Assembly: GCA_037917685.1 (NCBI GenBank)
Contig: JAVCBU010000012.1
Coordinates: 160,001-224,000 of the forward strand
Direction of reading: 5' to 3'
DNA length: 64,000 nt
DNA from: Thermoproteota archaeon
GTDB lineage: Archaea > Korarchaeota > Korarchaeia > Korarchaeales > JAOZGB01
The translations under genes and the position numbers were made by a program. Below the pieces are notes generated by a model. The model saw nothing but the letters and a program-made list of their open reading frames with translations. It was not told the origin of the DNA and ran no database searches. Positions 1 through 9,728 of this stretch are shown one piece after another (the first letter of the stretch is position 1; the number at the start of each line of letters is the position of its first letter).

Positions 1-1113
1 CGGCTCAAAGTCAACCTGTTCGAGTACAAGGTTTTCTGCCGCTGAAAAGTCGGGGATGATCCCTATTCTAATTCTTTCCTCAGGTATCAGGGATATACCC
101 CTCATAATCCTATCTCTAACAGTCCCACCAGTCATATCATACCCAAATATCCTGATACTTCCCTTAAGTGGAGCCCTCAAGCCATAAATCGCCTCAACCA
201 GTTCTTTCTGCCCGTTACCAGCTATACCTGCTACTCCTAGGATTTCACCGCATCTAAGACGGAGAGAAACGTCTTTAACAGCTGGAACCCCTTTGTCACC
301 CATAACCCAGAGGCCCTTAACTTCCAGGGCGGTCTTTCCAGGGACTACAGGCTTCTTTTCAAGTTTAAACAGGACTTCCCGGCCAACCATCATACGAGCA
401 AGCTGCGGGATTGTAGCTTCCTCCCTCCTAAGCCTACCAACGACTCTACCCTTTCTCAGAACAACTATACGGTCAGCAACAGCCATAACCTCTTGCAACT
501 TATGTGTGATAAATATTACTGCCATTCCGGCTTCAACGAATTTTCTAAGTGTTTTAAACAGGGCTTCTGATTCTTGCGGGGTTAGAACGCTTGTAGGCTC
601 GTCAAGAATTAGTATCCTAGCGTTCCTAAATAATGCCTTAACAATTTCGACCCTCTGTTTCTCTCCCGCAGACAGCTGCCATATCTTCCTGTTAGGATCG
701 ACTTGCAAGCCGAATTTTTTAGAGATTTCTTCTATCCTACGTATGGCTGTTTTAAAGTCTATGATGATTCCAAACTCGCTTAAACCTAAGATTATATTTT
801 CTACCACTGTGAAATCGTCTATAAGCATAAAATGTTGGTGTACCATCCCTATGCCATTAAGGATGGCATCCCTTGGGGATCTAAATGATACATGCTTCCC
901 GGAAATTATTATTTCCCCTGAGTCAGGCTTGTATAATCCATATAGGATATTCATAAGGGTTGTTTTCCCGGCACCATTTTCCCCGAGGAGAGCTAAAACT
1001 TCGCCTGGAAAGACCTCTATAGACACATTGTCATTGGCGAGGACCCCGGGAAACCTTTTTACAATGTTTCTCATTACAACAACAGGTTCATCTTTAGCCT
1101 TACTACTCGGCAA
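1..1113 (-). CDS. ABC transporter ATP-binding protein, sugar/nucleoside (YufO/NupA/MglA-like); runs off window edge
   Basis: Not in ORF track. Manual translation from TTG at 1113 (GGTG RBS upstream): MPSSKAKDEPVVVMRNIVKRFPGVLANDNVSIEVFPGEVLALLGENGAGKTTLMNILYG with Walker A GENGAGKT; lies directly downstream of a BMP binding-protein gene. Confidence 0.9.
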   Translation of the reverse strand, partial: MPSSKAKDEPVVVMRNIVKRFPGVLANDNVSIEVFPGEVLALLGENGAGKTTLMNILYGLYKPDSGEIIISGKHVSFRSPRDAILNGIGMVHQHFMLIDDFTVVENIILGLSEFGIIIDFKTAIRRIEEISKKFGLQVDPNRKIWQLSAGEKQRVEIVKALFRNARILILDEPTSVLTPQESEALFKTLRKFVEAGMAVIFITHKLQEVMAVADRIVVLRKGRVVGRLRREEATIPQLARMMVGREVLFKLEKKPVVPGKTALEVKGLWVMGDKGVPAVKDVSLRLRCGEILGVAGIAGNGQKELVEAIYGLRAPLKGSIRIFGYDMTGGTVRDRIMRGISLIPEERIRIGIIPDFSAAENLVLEQVDFEP

Positions 1114-1147
1114 GTAGACACCTAAAAAATATTGGGGGGTGTTTGGT

Positions 1148-2170
1148 TTACGGGGTGAATCCTGTGTCTATCTCTCCATTTATGATCTTCTGCATTAGAT
1201 CTGTAATTTCACTCCAGAGGTCTTCTGGTACTGTGCCCTGCCCTGGCAGTATCTCTATACCTCCATTGTTGAGGCTCAGCCAGTAGGTTTTTCCACCGTT
1301 TTTGAGTTCTCCGGATAGATAGTCGTTGTAGAATGCCTCGAAAACTTTTTCCCAGTGCCAGACTTCAAACATTACAAAGCCTTCGGGGTAGACCTCCGGG
1401 TGGTACGTGCCAGACATCATAGCCCATACTCCTTTCTCCTTGGCTGCCGCAATCGCTCCTAGCTGGCAACCATTACCCATAGGTTTGACTACATCTACAT
1501 TGTACTGCTCTATAAGACTTGTAGCGGCAAGTTTCGCCATCGGAACATTATGGAAGTCTCCAACGTAGTGGACATGGAGACACTCGTCAGGGTTAAAGCC
1601 TGCATATTCTATTCCCTTCCTCTGGCCGGTCTCGCTTCTACTCAGCTCGGCAACAGCCATACCAGCCACGAAAGCAACATGCTTAGTTTCAGACAGTTTT
1701 ATGGCTAAGTACCCAACAAGGAACCCACTCTGGTCGGTACGGACGTCAGCAACCGACACCTGAGGACCTATATACTGCGGAGCCCCTGCAATGGCTAAGA
1801 AGTACGTGTCTGGATACTCAGGGGCGATTTTAGCCATCGGCTCGCCGAACTGGAAGCCCACTCCAACAATCAGGTTGAAACCCTGCTCGGCATAACTTCT
1901 AATCTGAGATTCTATCTGCGCAGGATCGTAGACCCCTTGAACCCACGCAATATCAACCTCCGGGTGTGCACCCCGGAAAGCCTCCATACCCTGATATGCA
2001 GCCTCGTTCCAAGCTGTATCAGTTATGCTTCCGGGGAATATAAAGGCCATTTTAACCTTTTCCTCAACCGCGGGCGCGGGCTTCCTTAGGTAGAAGCCCG
2101 CAGCAAAGGCTATGATAGCAACGATGATCACAGCAACCGCTATAACAGTGGTCTTAGTTTCACCTGCCAT
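1148..2170 (-). CDS. BMP/PnrA-family ABC substrate-binding protein (nucleoside-type)
   Basis: N-terminal TM anchor; D..WNEAAYQG, GFQF and DQSGFLVGYLA motifs typical of the Bmp family. Confidence 0.85.
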   Translation of the reverse strand: MAGETKTTVIAVAVIIVAIIAFAAGFYLRKPAPAVEEKVKMAFIFPGSITDTAWNEAAYQGMEAFRGAHPEVDIAWVQGVYDPAQIESQIRSYAEQGFNLIVGVGFQFGEPMAKIAPEYPDTYFLAIAGAPQYIGPQVSVADVRTDQSGFLVGYLAIKLSETKHVAFVAGMAVAELSRSETGQRKGIEYAGFNPDECLHVHYVGDFHNVPMAKLAATSLIEQYNVDVVKPMGNGCQLGAIAAAKEKGVWAMMSGTYHPEVYPEGFVMFEVWHWEKVFEAFYNDYLSGELKNGGKTYWLSLNNGGIEILPGQGTVPEDLWSEITDLMQKIINGEIDTGFTP

Positions 2171-2246
2171 CCTACATCACAAATTTGTTTTCTGAAAAAT
2201 ATTTAAATATATTCTTTCATAGGGTTATTCTGTTTTACCATGAGGC

Positions 2247-3515
2247 CTACCCGTGTGTGTAAGTGTTCTTGCCAGTTATTAGGCTTAGATTTAATGAAAG
2301 CTTCATCAGCTGAGGACTTCTTGGAGGTTTCATCACTTTTGCATACTTTAGAAACTCTCTGATCGTATAAGACTTAAGTATCCCATAATATATTGGCTCT
2401 ACAGGTTTTACATACCCGAAAGCCTGAGCTCCAACCAGTTTCTCATCTTTAAATATTGTGATAAGCTTTTTAGAACCGGATATTTTCTTTACGATGTTTA
2501 TTTCCCCATGTAGCTCTGATGCTGTTGCACCTATAGAGACAGCTGTCACCCCAAATATGTTTACGCTTATAAGTCTTGGGATCCACCTATGTTTTCTACG
2601 CCTACCAGCCGAGTTACATCCTGCCACTATGCCCTGCATGACGGCGTTAGGCCATGTCATATTCGATATCCTCTTACCCGTTGCTGGGTCTAATGACTCC
2701 ACGCAGTCTCCACAGGCGTATATGTCTGGCATACTTGTTCGCATATAATCATCAACGATTATTCCGCCCTTACCCCCCACTTTTATCCCGGATTTGGTTG
2801 CAAGCTCTGTATTAGGTTTCATTCCTGTGGCAATTATAATCTGACTACACCTTATTTCTCTTCCAGTTGTTACTGCAATGCTGCCTTTATCAGATTGTTC
2901 TATCATTTTTACTGCTTCACCTGTGTATATTTTTACCCCGGCCTTCTCAAGCCTTTCTCTTATCGCCTTTGAGATTTCTTGGTCGAATGCTGCGGGTATT
3001 ATCCGGTCTTTTATCTCAACCATGGAGACGTCAAAGCCTCTTCTACGGAGCGCTATGGCTAGCTCGACACCGACCACCCCTGAGCCTACTATTAGAGTCT
3101 TACAAGGTCTGAGGCTTGCTATCTTGTCAGCATCGGAGATTGTTTTAACCTTGTGGAAAACTGTTGTTCTAAGACCTTGGATGGGTGGTATGCTAGGCTT
3201 GCTTCCCGTAGCTATTATGAGTCTATCATACTTTAGCTCCTCCCCGTTACTTAGGACGACAACTTTTTGCCCCGGGTATATATCTGTAACCCTTATCCCA
3301 ATTATCTTTTCAATTCCAAGCTCGCCTGCCCTAGCCCCACTTTTAGGGTACAATTTTCCTTTGGGGATCATACCTTGGATATAATGGGGGAAAGCGCAGG
3401 GTGTGTAGTATGGCTCCTGCGAGACAACTGTTACATGGGTTTCTCGGCTTGAATTTTTGGCTGAGATTGCAGCGGCGTTGCCGGCTGGGCCGTCTCCTAT
3501 AACCAGGATTTTCAT
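2247..3515 (-). CDS. FAD/NAD(P)-dependent pyridine nucleotide-disulfide oxidoreductase (AorC/NADH oxidase-like)
   Basis: Two Rossmann motifs (GDGPAG, GSGVVG), ATG motifs, TSMPDIYACGD; overlaps the AOR stop codon. Confidence 0.85.
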   Translation of the reverse strand: MKILVIGDGPAGNAAAISAKNSSRETHVTVVSQEPYYTPCAFPHYIQGMIPKGKLYPKSGARAGELGIEKIIGIRVTDIYPGQKVVVLSNGEELKYDRLIIATGSKPSIPPIQGLRTTVFHKVKTISDADKIASLRPCKTLIVGSGVVGVELAIALRRRGFDVSMVEIKDRIIPAAFDQEISKAIRERLEKAGVKIYTGEAVKMIEQSDKGSIAVTTGREIRCSQIIIATGMKPNTELATKSGIKVGGKGGIIVDDYMRTSMPDIYACGDCVESLDPATGKRISNMTWPNAVMQGIVAGCNSAGRRRKHRWIPRLISVNIFGVTAVSIGATASELHGEINIVKKISGSKKLITIFKDEKLVGAQAFGYVKPVEPIYYGILKSYTIREFLKYAKVMKPPRSPQLMKLSLNLSLITGKNTYTHG

Positions 3516-5425
3516 CTATACTTCCCCATTTTTTCAAGCTCTTCTGCTATATACTCTAGCCCTAGCTCTCTAAGCTTCTCCTTTGTCGGCACGCCTTGGC
3601 TGGTCCAGCCTCTAAGCTGGTAGTACTCGTCTAGCATCCTATCATACTTATCCCTTTCAAGTATCTGGCCCTTCGCTGGCCCCGACGGTATGGGCTCTGC
3701 GAAGAACCTCCAGGGCGGGTAGTCGTCGCTTCTCGTAACGCCAAGCCTCACGATGAAGGATCTTTCAACGTTGTAGATCCTCTCAGCTACCTTTATTATC
3801 GAGTCAACACTGTAGTTTAGGCCTGTTGCAAGGTTGAAAAGCCTCGTCATCTCTCTCGGGGACAGGCCGAACGCCGTGCCAAGCCAGGGCGTCATGTACT
3901 TACACATCCCAATGGAGTCGCACAGAGCGTACATATGCTCATACCACACCACTGCCCTAGCCTGATTCTCGTAGCTCCACGGGTCAAGTTTTATCCTCCT
4001 ACCGTATATTAGCTCCACAAACTCTTGGCCCCACTCTCCCCAGTAGGCCACAGTCGGTATCGACCTTAAATGGTCTCCCCCCCTCGTAGAGACTGCGTGG
4101 CTGAGGGCGTATCCCTTCGCCGCACGGTTCTCATGAGACGAGTAATCCAAGCGCTTCGTGTGTACCACATACTTCTCAGCCTCCCCACCCATCTTTTGGG
4201 CTACTCGCCACGGACCCTCCGCAAGGAGGTCTCCAACACCATTCCTCTGTGCAATCTTCTCTATTAGCTCTATCATCGCGTCTACGTTTCCCCATTCAAG
4301 GCTTAATCCGTCAAGCTGGTCCTTCGAAACTATGTGCCGCTGGTAGAGCTCCATCATCAAGGCTATGGTGTTTCCAAGGGTTATGGTGTCCAAGCCGTAC
4401 AGATCTGCTAGCTTCCCCATGTGTATTATGGCGTCGAGATCTGAGACCCCGCACCTAGGCCCCAAGGAGTTTATTGTCTCGTACTCCGGGCCCTCTCCGG
4501 TCTCGCCTGCAAATCTCCCGGTTTTAATCTTGTAGTAGTGGTTGCAGTGCAACGGGCAGCCATAGCAGGCTTTACTCTTAACATAGAATTCTCTGAGGTA
4601 GGTTTCGCTGCTAATCTTGTCTATCTCCGGGAAGTCGGTGGTCTGCCAGTTTCTAACAGGCATTATCCCAGCATTGTGTAGTATCACTGAAAGTATTGGG
4701 GTACCGTGGGTTGCGAAGTCCTTGTAGAGGGGGTGGCTAACGAGCATCCTATGCATCTTTACACATGCCTCCTCGAATTCCTTGGGATAAGCTATCCTAA
4801 CACCTCCTGTCCCCCTAACAGCTATGGCTTTAAGCTTCTTCGAGCCCATTACAGCCCCCATCCCCGTCCTACCGGCTGAGTTCTTCAGGCCTGTTCTTAT
4901 ACATGCGTATCTAACCATGTTTTCGCCTGCCTGGCCTATGGTTATGACCTGGGTTTCAGGGTCTGCAAGCTCCTCCCTGATGACCTGCTGGGTTTCAACG
5001 GTGTCCTTACCCCAGAGTTGTGAGGCGTCTCTTATCTCAGCCTCGCCGTCGTAGATGTAGAGGTAAACAGGCTTTTTGGACCTGCCGTAAATTATGATGT
5101 TGTCGTACCCTGCGAACTTGAGCTCTGAAGCCCACCACCCCCCGCAGTTTGAGTCCCCAAGCAGCCCCGTCAGGGGTGAGAGGGCTGTAACGTTGAACCT
5201 CCCGGACCCAGGTGAAAGTGTGCCTGTCAGCGGGCCTACGCCGAAGATTAGAGGGTTATCAGGGCTGAGAGGATCTATCCCCGGTTTAGCCTCATCGTAC
5301 AGCATCTTAACATTTATGCCCCTGCCGCCAATGAACTCCGATGCAAGATTCTCAGGCAGGGGCTCCCGGCTTACCTTCCCCCTTGAGAGGTCTACTCTAA
5401 GGATGTGTCCAGCCCAGCCATACAT
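3512..5425 (-). CDS. aor: Tungsten aldehyde:ferredoxin oxidoreductase family protein (WOR #1)
   Basis: GGRG, SPLTG, GRTGMGAVMGSKKLKAI, CYGCPLHC, GPEYET, DLYGLDT, RGGDH, YYQLRGW. Confidence 0.95.
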   Translation of the reverse strand: MYGWAGHILRVDLSRGKVSREPLPENLASEFIGGRGINVKMLYDEAKPGIDPLSPDNPLIFGVGPLTGTLSPGSGRFNVTALSPLTGLLGDSNCGGWWASELKFAGYDNIIIYGRSKKPVYLYIYDGEAEIRDASQLWGKDTVETQQVIREELADPETQVITIGQAGENMVRYACIRTGLKNSAGRTGMGAVMGSKKLKAIAVRGTGGVRIAYPKEFEEACVKMHRMLVSHPLYKDFATHGTPILSVILHNAGIMPVRNWQTTDFPEIDKISSETYLREFYVKSKACYGCPLHCNHYYKIKTGRFAGETGEGPEYETINSLGPRCGVSDLDAIIHMGKLADLYGLDTITLGNTIALMMELYQRHIVSKDQLDGLSLEWGNVDAMIELIEKIAQRNGVGDLLAEGPWRVAQKMGGEAEKYVVHTKRLDYSSHENRAAKGYALSHAVSTRGGDHLRSIPTVAYWGEWGQEFVELIYGRRIKLDPWSYENQARAVVWYEHMYALCDSIGMCKYMTPWLGTAFGLSPREMTRLFNLATGLNYSVDSIIKVAERIYNVERSFIVRLGVTRSDDYPPWRFFAEPIPSGPAKGQILERDKYDRMLDEYYQLRGWTSQGVPTKEKLRELGLEYIAEELEKMGKYR

Positions 5426-5437
5426 CCAGCCCCACCC

Positions 5438-5914
5438 TCACCATTGTTTTAGGATTTCACTCAGCCTTTCTATCGCCAGCCTCTTCCTCGCTAGCACGGC
5501 CTTCGCCGGGGTGGTGTATGAGACCGCCGCTGTGGGGCAGAGCGCTGCACACAGGGGTTCTCCACCGCACAGGTCACATATTATGGCTACACCCTCTGAG
5601 GGGTCGAAGGACGCTCCACCAACGGGGCATGCAATATTGCATACTCTACACCCTATACACAGGCCGGAGTCTACGAGGGCCGCCCCAGTATGACGGTCCC
5701 TACTTATAGCTTCTACGGGGCATGCTGCTGCGCATGGCATGTCGTCGCATTGGAGGCAAAGCATCGGAAAGTCTAGGCCAAGAGTCTCCCATTTCAATAT
5801 GTGAATCCTTGATTTTGAAGGGTTACATTCCCCTGTATGATGGAGGGAACATGCGGCCTCACAAATCCTGCATCCGGTACATTTTTCAGGCTCTACAGTA
5901 ATAACCCTATACAT
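5438..5914 (-). CDS. 4x[4Fe-4S] electron-transfer subunit (AorA/DmsB-like)
   Basis: CTGCRICEAAC, CLQCDDMPC, CIGCRVCNIACP, CDLC...CP. Confidence 0.9.
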   Translation of the reverse strand: MYRVITVEPEKCTGCRICEAACSLHHTGECNPSKSRIHILKWETLGLDFPMLCLQCDDMPCAAACPVEAISRDRHTGAALVDSGLCIGCRVCNIACPVGGASFDPSEGVAIICDLCGGEPLCAALCPTAAVSYTTPAKAVLARKRLAIERLSEILKQW

Positions 5915-5946
5915 AGCTGGTCAAGTTGAACGTTGAGGTGTGAATT

Positions 5947-6456
5947 TTATAAGTCTATCCTCGGGAGTTTCATAGCTGAATCCTCGTCTTTGACCTCTTT
6001 AAACATATTGTAGTATTCCCTATACCTTTCATAGTCTACTCTTGATTTATCCACGAACACGGGATCCCCAAATGTTATAGCCCCCGATGGACACCGCTCT
6101 GCACACACAGGTTTACCTCCGCATAGATCACACTTTACGATTATATTAAGTTCCTCATCATACCTTATAGCCTTGAATGGGCATGCTTTGATGCATAGTT
6201 TACATAGCTTACATGTATCAGGGTTATACTTCACAACACCGTTCTCAACGCTTAGAGATCCTGTTGGGCATACCTCTACGCAGGGGGCGTCTGGACAGTT
6301 CAAGCACACAACTGGCATGCTTATACCTATATGCCACTTGTTTGCAACTTTTATTCTGGCCTTCAAAGGCTGGATCACCCTGTGTTTTATGAATGAACAT
6401 ATGGTTTCACAGATTCTACACCCGACGCAGAGTTCAGGGTTTAGAATTAGAATCAT
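5947..6456 (-). CDS. 4x[4Fe-4S] electron-transfer subunit (AorA/DmsB-like)
   Basis: CVGCRICETIC, CLNCPDAPC, CKLCKLCIKACP, KCDLC. Confidence 0.9.
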   Translation of the reverse strand: MILILNPELCVGCRICETICSFIKHRVIQPLKARIKVANKWHIGISMPVVCLNCPDAPCVEVCPTGSLSVENGVVKYNPDTCKLCKLCIKACPFKAIRYDEELNIIVKCDLCGGKPVCAERCPSGAITFGDPVFVDKSRVDYERYREYYNMFKEVKDEDSAMKLPRIDL

Positions 6457-6538
6457 ACAGGCTATTATTATGGCATTGTCAAAATATAAGGTCTCTTACG
6501 GACCTCGCTGCTATGATACCACTCTAGACCATAGCAGG

Positions 6539-6871
6539 CTAGGATTCAACGTTGGGGATTATACATATGAGAATGAAGTCAACATTTCCATCGTTTCTAT
6601 ACCAGTGGGGTACATCTGGGGGGATATATAGGTAGTATCCTTCCTCAACGTGGTACTCATTGTCACCTATCCCAACTGTTGCCTTACCCTGTAGAACGTA
6701 GATTTCATGCTCCCACGGGTGACTGTGAGGATTCATCTTTGCACCCGGCTTGAATATGAACCTCCTCATGTGATAGTTAGGACCCCTAACCAGCCATTGA
6801 ATGTATATGTTCTCCGCTTGTTTAACCTCCTCCGGCTCTACCTCATCCTGTCTCCCAACTATTTCACGCAT
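6539..6871 (-). CDS. Cupin-domain protein
   Basis: HSHPWEHEIYVLQG and YIPPDVPHWYRN cupin motifs. Confidence 0.85.
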   Translation of the reverse strand: MREIVGRQDEVEPEEVKQAENIYIQWLVRGPNYHMRRFIFKPGAKMNPHSHPWEHEIYVLQGKATVGIGDNEYHVEEGYYLYIPPDVPHWYRNDGNVDFILICIIPNVES

Positions 6872-6879
6872 AGGATATT

Positions 6880-7458
6880 TTACCAGGGTGGTCTTTTTAA
6901 GTTTGACCTAACTTGCTTGTAGGGGTAGCTTACCCCGTACTTGTCCAGGCTTACAAGCTCCTCCACCCTCCTCCTCGGCGTAGGCCTTGGTGTTTCGCCG
7001 GGGAATCCCATTGTTATTATCGCGATAGGCCTATGCTTTTCAAGGGTTGTCCCCACGGCTTCTGCTACTCTTCCATCGTCGAAGGCGCCAACCCAGCATG
7101 TTCCAAGGCCGAGGCTCGTGGCAGCAAGCATGGCAAAGGTAGCCGCTATGGTGGCGTCTTGCACCGAATATAGTTTTCTTCCTCTTTCACCATATCTCCT
7201 AGTCGACCTCCATGGGCATGCGAGGAAGACCATGGATACCGGCGCCTCATATATGAACATTTGATTATACGAAGCTCTCGCCAGTTTCAGCCTCACCTCA
7301 GGATCCTTGACGACTACAACATCGTAGGCTTGGAGATCCCCGGCTGAAGGGGCAGTGTTTAACGCTTCTATAATTTGAGATATGTAGTTTTCAGGTATAG
7401 GCTTCCGGCTGTAGCTTCTAACAGATCTCCGTACAGATATAACATCCCAGAAGTCCAC
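6880..7458 (-). CDS. Nitroreductase family protein
   Basis: RRSVRSY, APSAGDLQ, GLGTCWVGAFD. Confidence 0.9.
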   Translation of the reverse strand: MDFWDVISVRRSVRSYSRKPIPENYISQIIEALNTAPSAGDLQAYDVVVVKDPEVRLKLARASYNQMFIYEAPVSMVFLACPWRSTRRYGERGRKLYSVQDATIAATFAMLAATSLGLGTCWVGAFDDGRVAEAVGTTLEKHRPIAIITMGFPGETPRPTPRRRVEELVSLDKYGVSYPYKQVRSNLKRPPW

Positions 7459-7489
7459 ATGTAGCCTTTACACTCCCGCCTTTAAAAGC

Positions 7490-8035
7490 TTATCCTCCGT
7501 ACTGTCCCTCCCACATCTCATGGAACTCCCCGTGATATAGGTCCGCCAGCTCCCTACAGTATATAAGTACTATGTTTTCATCGTTTTCCTCTCTCGCAGC
7601 CTTTGTCCAGTTGTAGCTTCCAGTTATGACGATTTCATCATCGATTATGCAGAATTTATTATGCATAAGCGACGGGTTACTGTCCAGGCGGACTTCAATC
7701 CCATTGCTTTTGAGAATCATATACCTGCTGTACTGGTTTACATTGTTCTTCTCAAGGATTATTTTCACGTTTACGCCTCTCCTCGCAACATCTATCAGTG
7801 ACTGTGCGAGCCTGCTTGAGGTGAAGGTGTACATGGCGATTTCTATGCTATTATTAGCCCTCTCAACCCAGTATGATATCACACTCTCAACATCATCGTC
7901 GGGGCTGAAATAGGCCTGAACCCAGAGTCTGTCAGAGTATATCATGACCGGGCCTGCGGCTTCAGGTCTCACCGCGAAGTAGCAGAAGGCGAAACCTACT
8001 AGGAAGCCGAGGATAAAGGCTTGACCAAGCTTCAC
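7490..8035 (-). CDS. Membrane-anchored phospholipase D-like nuclease (single HKD, Nuc-type)
   Basis: N-terminal hydrophobic helix; HNKFCIIDD...GSYNWT...NDEN. Confidence 0.85.
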   Translation of the reverse strand: MKLGQAFILGFLVGFAFCYFAVRPEAAGPVMIYSDRLWVQAYFSPDDDVESVISYWVERANNSIEIAMYTFTSSRLAQSLIDVARRGVNVKIILEKNNVNQYSRYMILKSNGIEVRLDSNPSLMHNKFCIIDDEIVITGSYNWTKAAREENDENIVLIYCRELADLYHGEFHEMWEGQYGG

Positions 8036-8156
8036 ACCCTATCAAATAGGGGGAAACTTATTAAGCATTCAGTTGCCATCGACTAAGGGTCTATCCTTCT
8101 TAAGATGCGATACGCCAGACCCGCATTACCCATTCACCGTATTCGTAGACACCGTT

Positions 8157-8972
8157 TCATCTCCCAAACCTTCGCGATCTCCTCTGGTAATCTCTTATCG
8201 CCCTCAAAAAGTCTATTTTCCTGAAGGATGGCAGGTATGCCTCGCAGAAGTAAAGCTCGCTGTATGCTATATGCCAAAGCAGGAAGTTGCTTATCCTCTC
8301 CTCCCCAGAGGTTCTTATTATAAGGTCGGGCTCAGGGACACCGTTCAAGTACAGGTATTTCTCGAATAGCTCCTCATCTATATCCGAAGGTTTGATGGCT
8401 CCCTTCTCCACCTCTAAAGCTATCTTCCGGACGGCGTCTAATATTTCATCTCTCCCCCCATATGCGAGAGCTATATTCACCGTTTTAGGCTTATTCCTCA
8501 TGGTTTCACGCTCAAGCTTCTCAGCTAAAGCCTTAACGTCATCAGGCAACAGCTCCCTCCTCCCTATAATCCTTATTCTAACACCCCTACGTTTAAACTC
8601 GCCCGTTTTTGACAGAGCATGTTTAAGTTCCTCTCTAATCCTGTTCATCACGACCTCAACCTGCTCCCTTGGCCTGTTAAAATTCTCAGTTGAAAAAGAG
8701 TATAATGTCACATGTTCCACCCCCAGCTCCTCACACCATGAGAGGATCTTCTCAACCTTCCTAGCCCCAAGATAATAGCTCTCCTCAAGCGAAAGCCCCG
8801 CAGCCGATGCAAACCTCCTATTCCCATCAAGAATAAGAGCAACATGCCTCGGTATAGGGCCAGACCTCACAATTCTAAGCAGATAACTCTCATAGAAAGG
8901 CATCTGAACCCTACTGGCAAGCCTATAAGCCACAGACAGCAAGAAACCGTAAGCCCGCCCCAGAACCCCCAT
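8157..8972 (-). CDS. uppS: cis-prenyltransferase (UppS-type polyprenyl diphosphate synthase)
   Basis: PRHVALILDGNRR, FSTENFNRP, YGGRDEI, DLIIRTSGEERISNFLLW; start uncertain (8972 ATG or 8993). Confidence 0.93.
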   Translation of the reverse strand: MGVLGRAYGFLLSVAYRLASRVQMPFYESYLLRIVRSGPIPRHVALILDGNRRFASAAGLSLEESYYLGARKVEKILSWCEELGVEHVTLYSFSTENFNRPREQVEVVMNRIREELKHALSKTGEFKRRGVRIRIIGRRELLPDDVKALAEKLERETMRNKPKTVNIALAYGGRDEILDAVRKIALEVEKGAIKPSDIDEELFEKYLYLNGVPEPDLIIRTSGEERISNFLLWHIAYSELYFCEAYLPSFRKIDFLRAIRDYQRRSRRFGR

Positions 8973-9088
8973 CCAAATAGGTAAAAAGCCCAAAAAATAT
9001 TAAGCTTTACAACCCCAACCAAACCAACATGCAAACCACAACAACCCATCCAAACCACACAAACCATCAATATCAGCATAGAAACCAC

Positions 9089-9259
9089 ATGCCAGAAAAG
9101 CTAAAACCGGACAAACACGAGGCGGACAAACACGAGGCATGGTACAACCTAGGCTACACGCTTTATAGGGCTGGATTCTACTGGAGATCAGCAAAGAATT
9201 GCTGCAACCATGATGCATGCCGGCCAGTATGTCTCCCATCCCCGCTGGTACCTGCTTAA
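9089..9259 (+). pseudogene. TPR-repeat gene remnant
   Basis: KLKPDKHEA(DKHEA)WYNLGYTLY resembles a TPR linker/helix A, then degenerates; contains a 15-bp tandem duplication. Confidence 0.4.
9108..9137. repeat. 15-bp perfect tandem duplication (cggacaaacacgagg x2)
   Basis: Read directly from the sequence. Confidence 0.9.
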
Positions 9260-9289
9260 TCCTAGCAAAACCTTATTGGTAACATAATG

Positions 9290-9427
9290 TTACTTCTCAG
9301 AACTTTGAGAAGGAACTCTGAATACATTCTCCTTTATTTGCTTCGGCTCATCTCCTTTCGCAGGTATTGCATAGCCTTCTATTGCTCTCTTACTCTCAGG
9401 CTTCACCAGTGTGGGTTCAGGCTCCAT
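9290..9427 (-). mobile_element. N-terminal remnant of a probable archaeal SWIM-finger DDE (IS6-like) transposase
   Basis: Manual translation MEPEPTLVKPESKRAIEGYAIPAKGDEPKQIKENVFRVPSQSSEK*HYVTN resembles, from recollection, the N-termini (R..GY.I..KGD.P.......F.VPSQS....Y.V) of such transposases; premature TAA; divergent from an AbrB gene. Confidence 0.45.
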
Positions 9428-9433
9428 GCTAAC

Positions 9434-9519
9434 TTACCTATATTCGGGATACAGATTCCTATTTAAAATCTTTGGTAAAATTTTACACCAAAATCTTTAT
9501 AAATAATTTTACCTATATT
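9434..9519. promoter_or_regulatory. Divergent promoter with a 12-bp palindrome and direct repeats (putative AbrB operators)
   Basis: GTAAAATTTTAC palindrome at 9475-9486; ttacctatatt at 9434 and 9509; aaaatcttt twice; TATA-like tttataaata. Confidence 0.5.
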
Positions 9520-9533
9520 TATGGCGGGCTGTA

Positions 9534-9728
9534 ATGGGAGAAATCACTGTGCTTACCAAAGCTACATCTAAAAGCAAATCCTTGAGAAGCACCATTCCCA
9601 TAGGCATTGTCAAGCAATTTAATCTTTCAGAAGGAGATAAGCTTAACTGGGAGATTAGAGCAGAGGGTGGAGAGCTTATAATTGTAGTAAGACCTCTGAG
9701 GCAAAAGAGTGGTGGTAAGCGTGAATAA
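9534..9728 (+). CDS. AbrB/MazE/SpoVT-family DNA-binding protein
   Basis: SLRSTIPIGIVKQFNLSEGDKLNWEI swapped-hairpin pattern; 64 aa. Confidence 0.8.
   Translation: MGEITVLTKATSKSKSLRSTIPIGIVKQFNLSEGDKLNWEIRAEGGELIIVVRPLRQKSGGKRE

Noticed and set aside
293-1117. 274-aa + strand ORF in the track
   Set aside because: Antisense shadow of the ABC ATPase on the minus strand; Ser/Thr-rich with no motifs. The same applies to most short overlapping ORFs in the track.
6508-6538. Hairpin ctgctatg...catagcag after the cupin gene
   Set aside because: Single 8-bp stem; may be a terminator but nothing else supports it
8095-8165. C/D-like pattern downstream of uppS (minus strand)
   Set aside because: Boxes too degenerate (AGAUGA, CUGG), no terminal stem and no recognisable target
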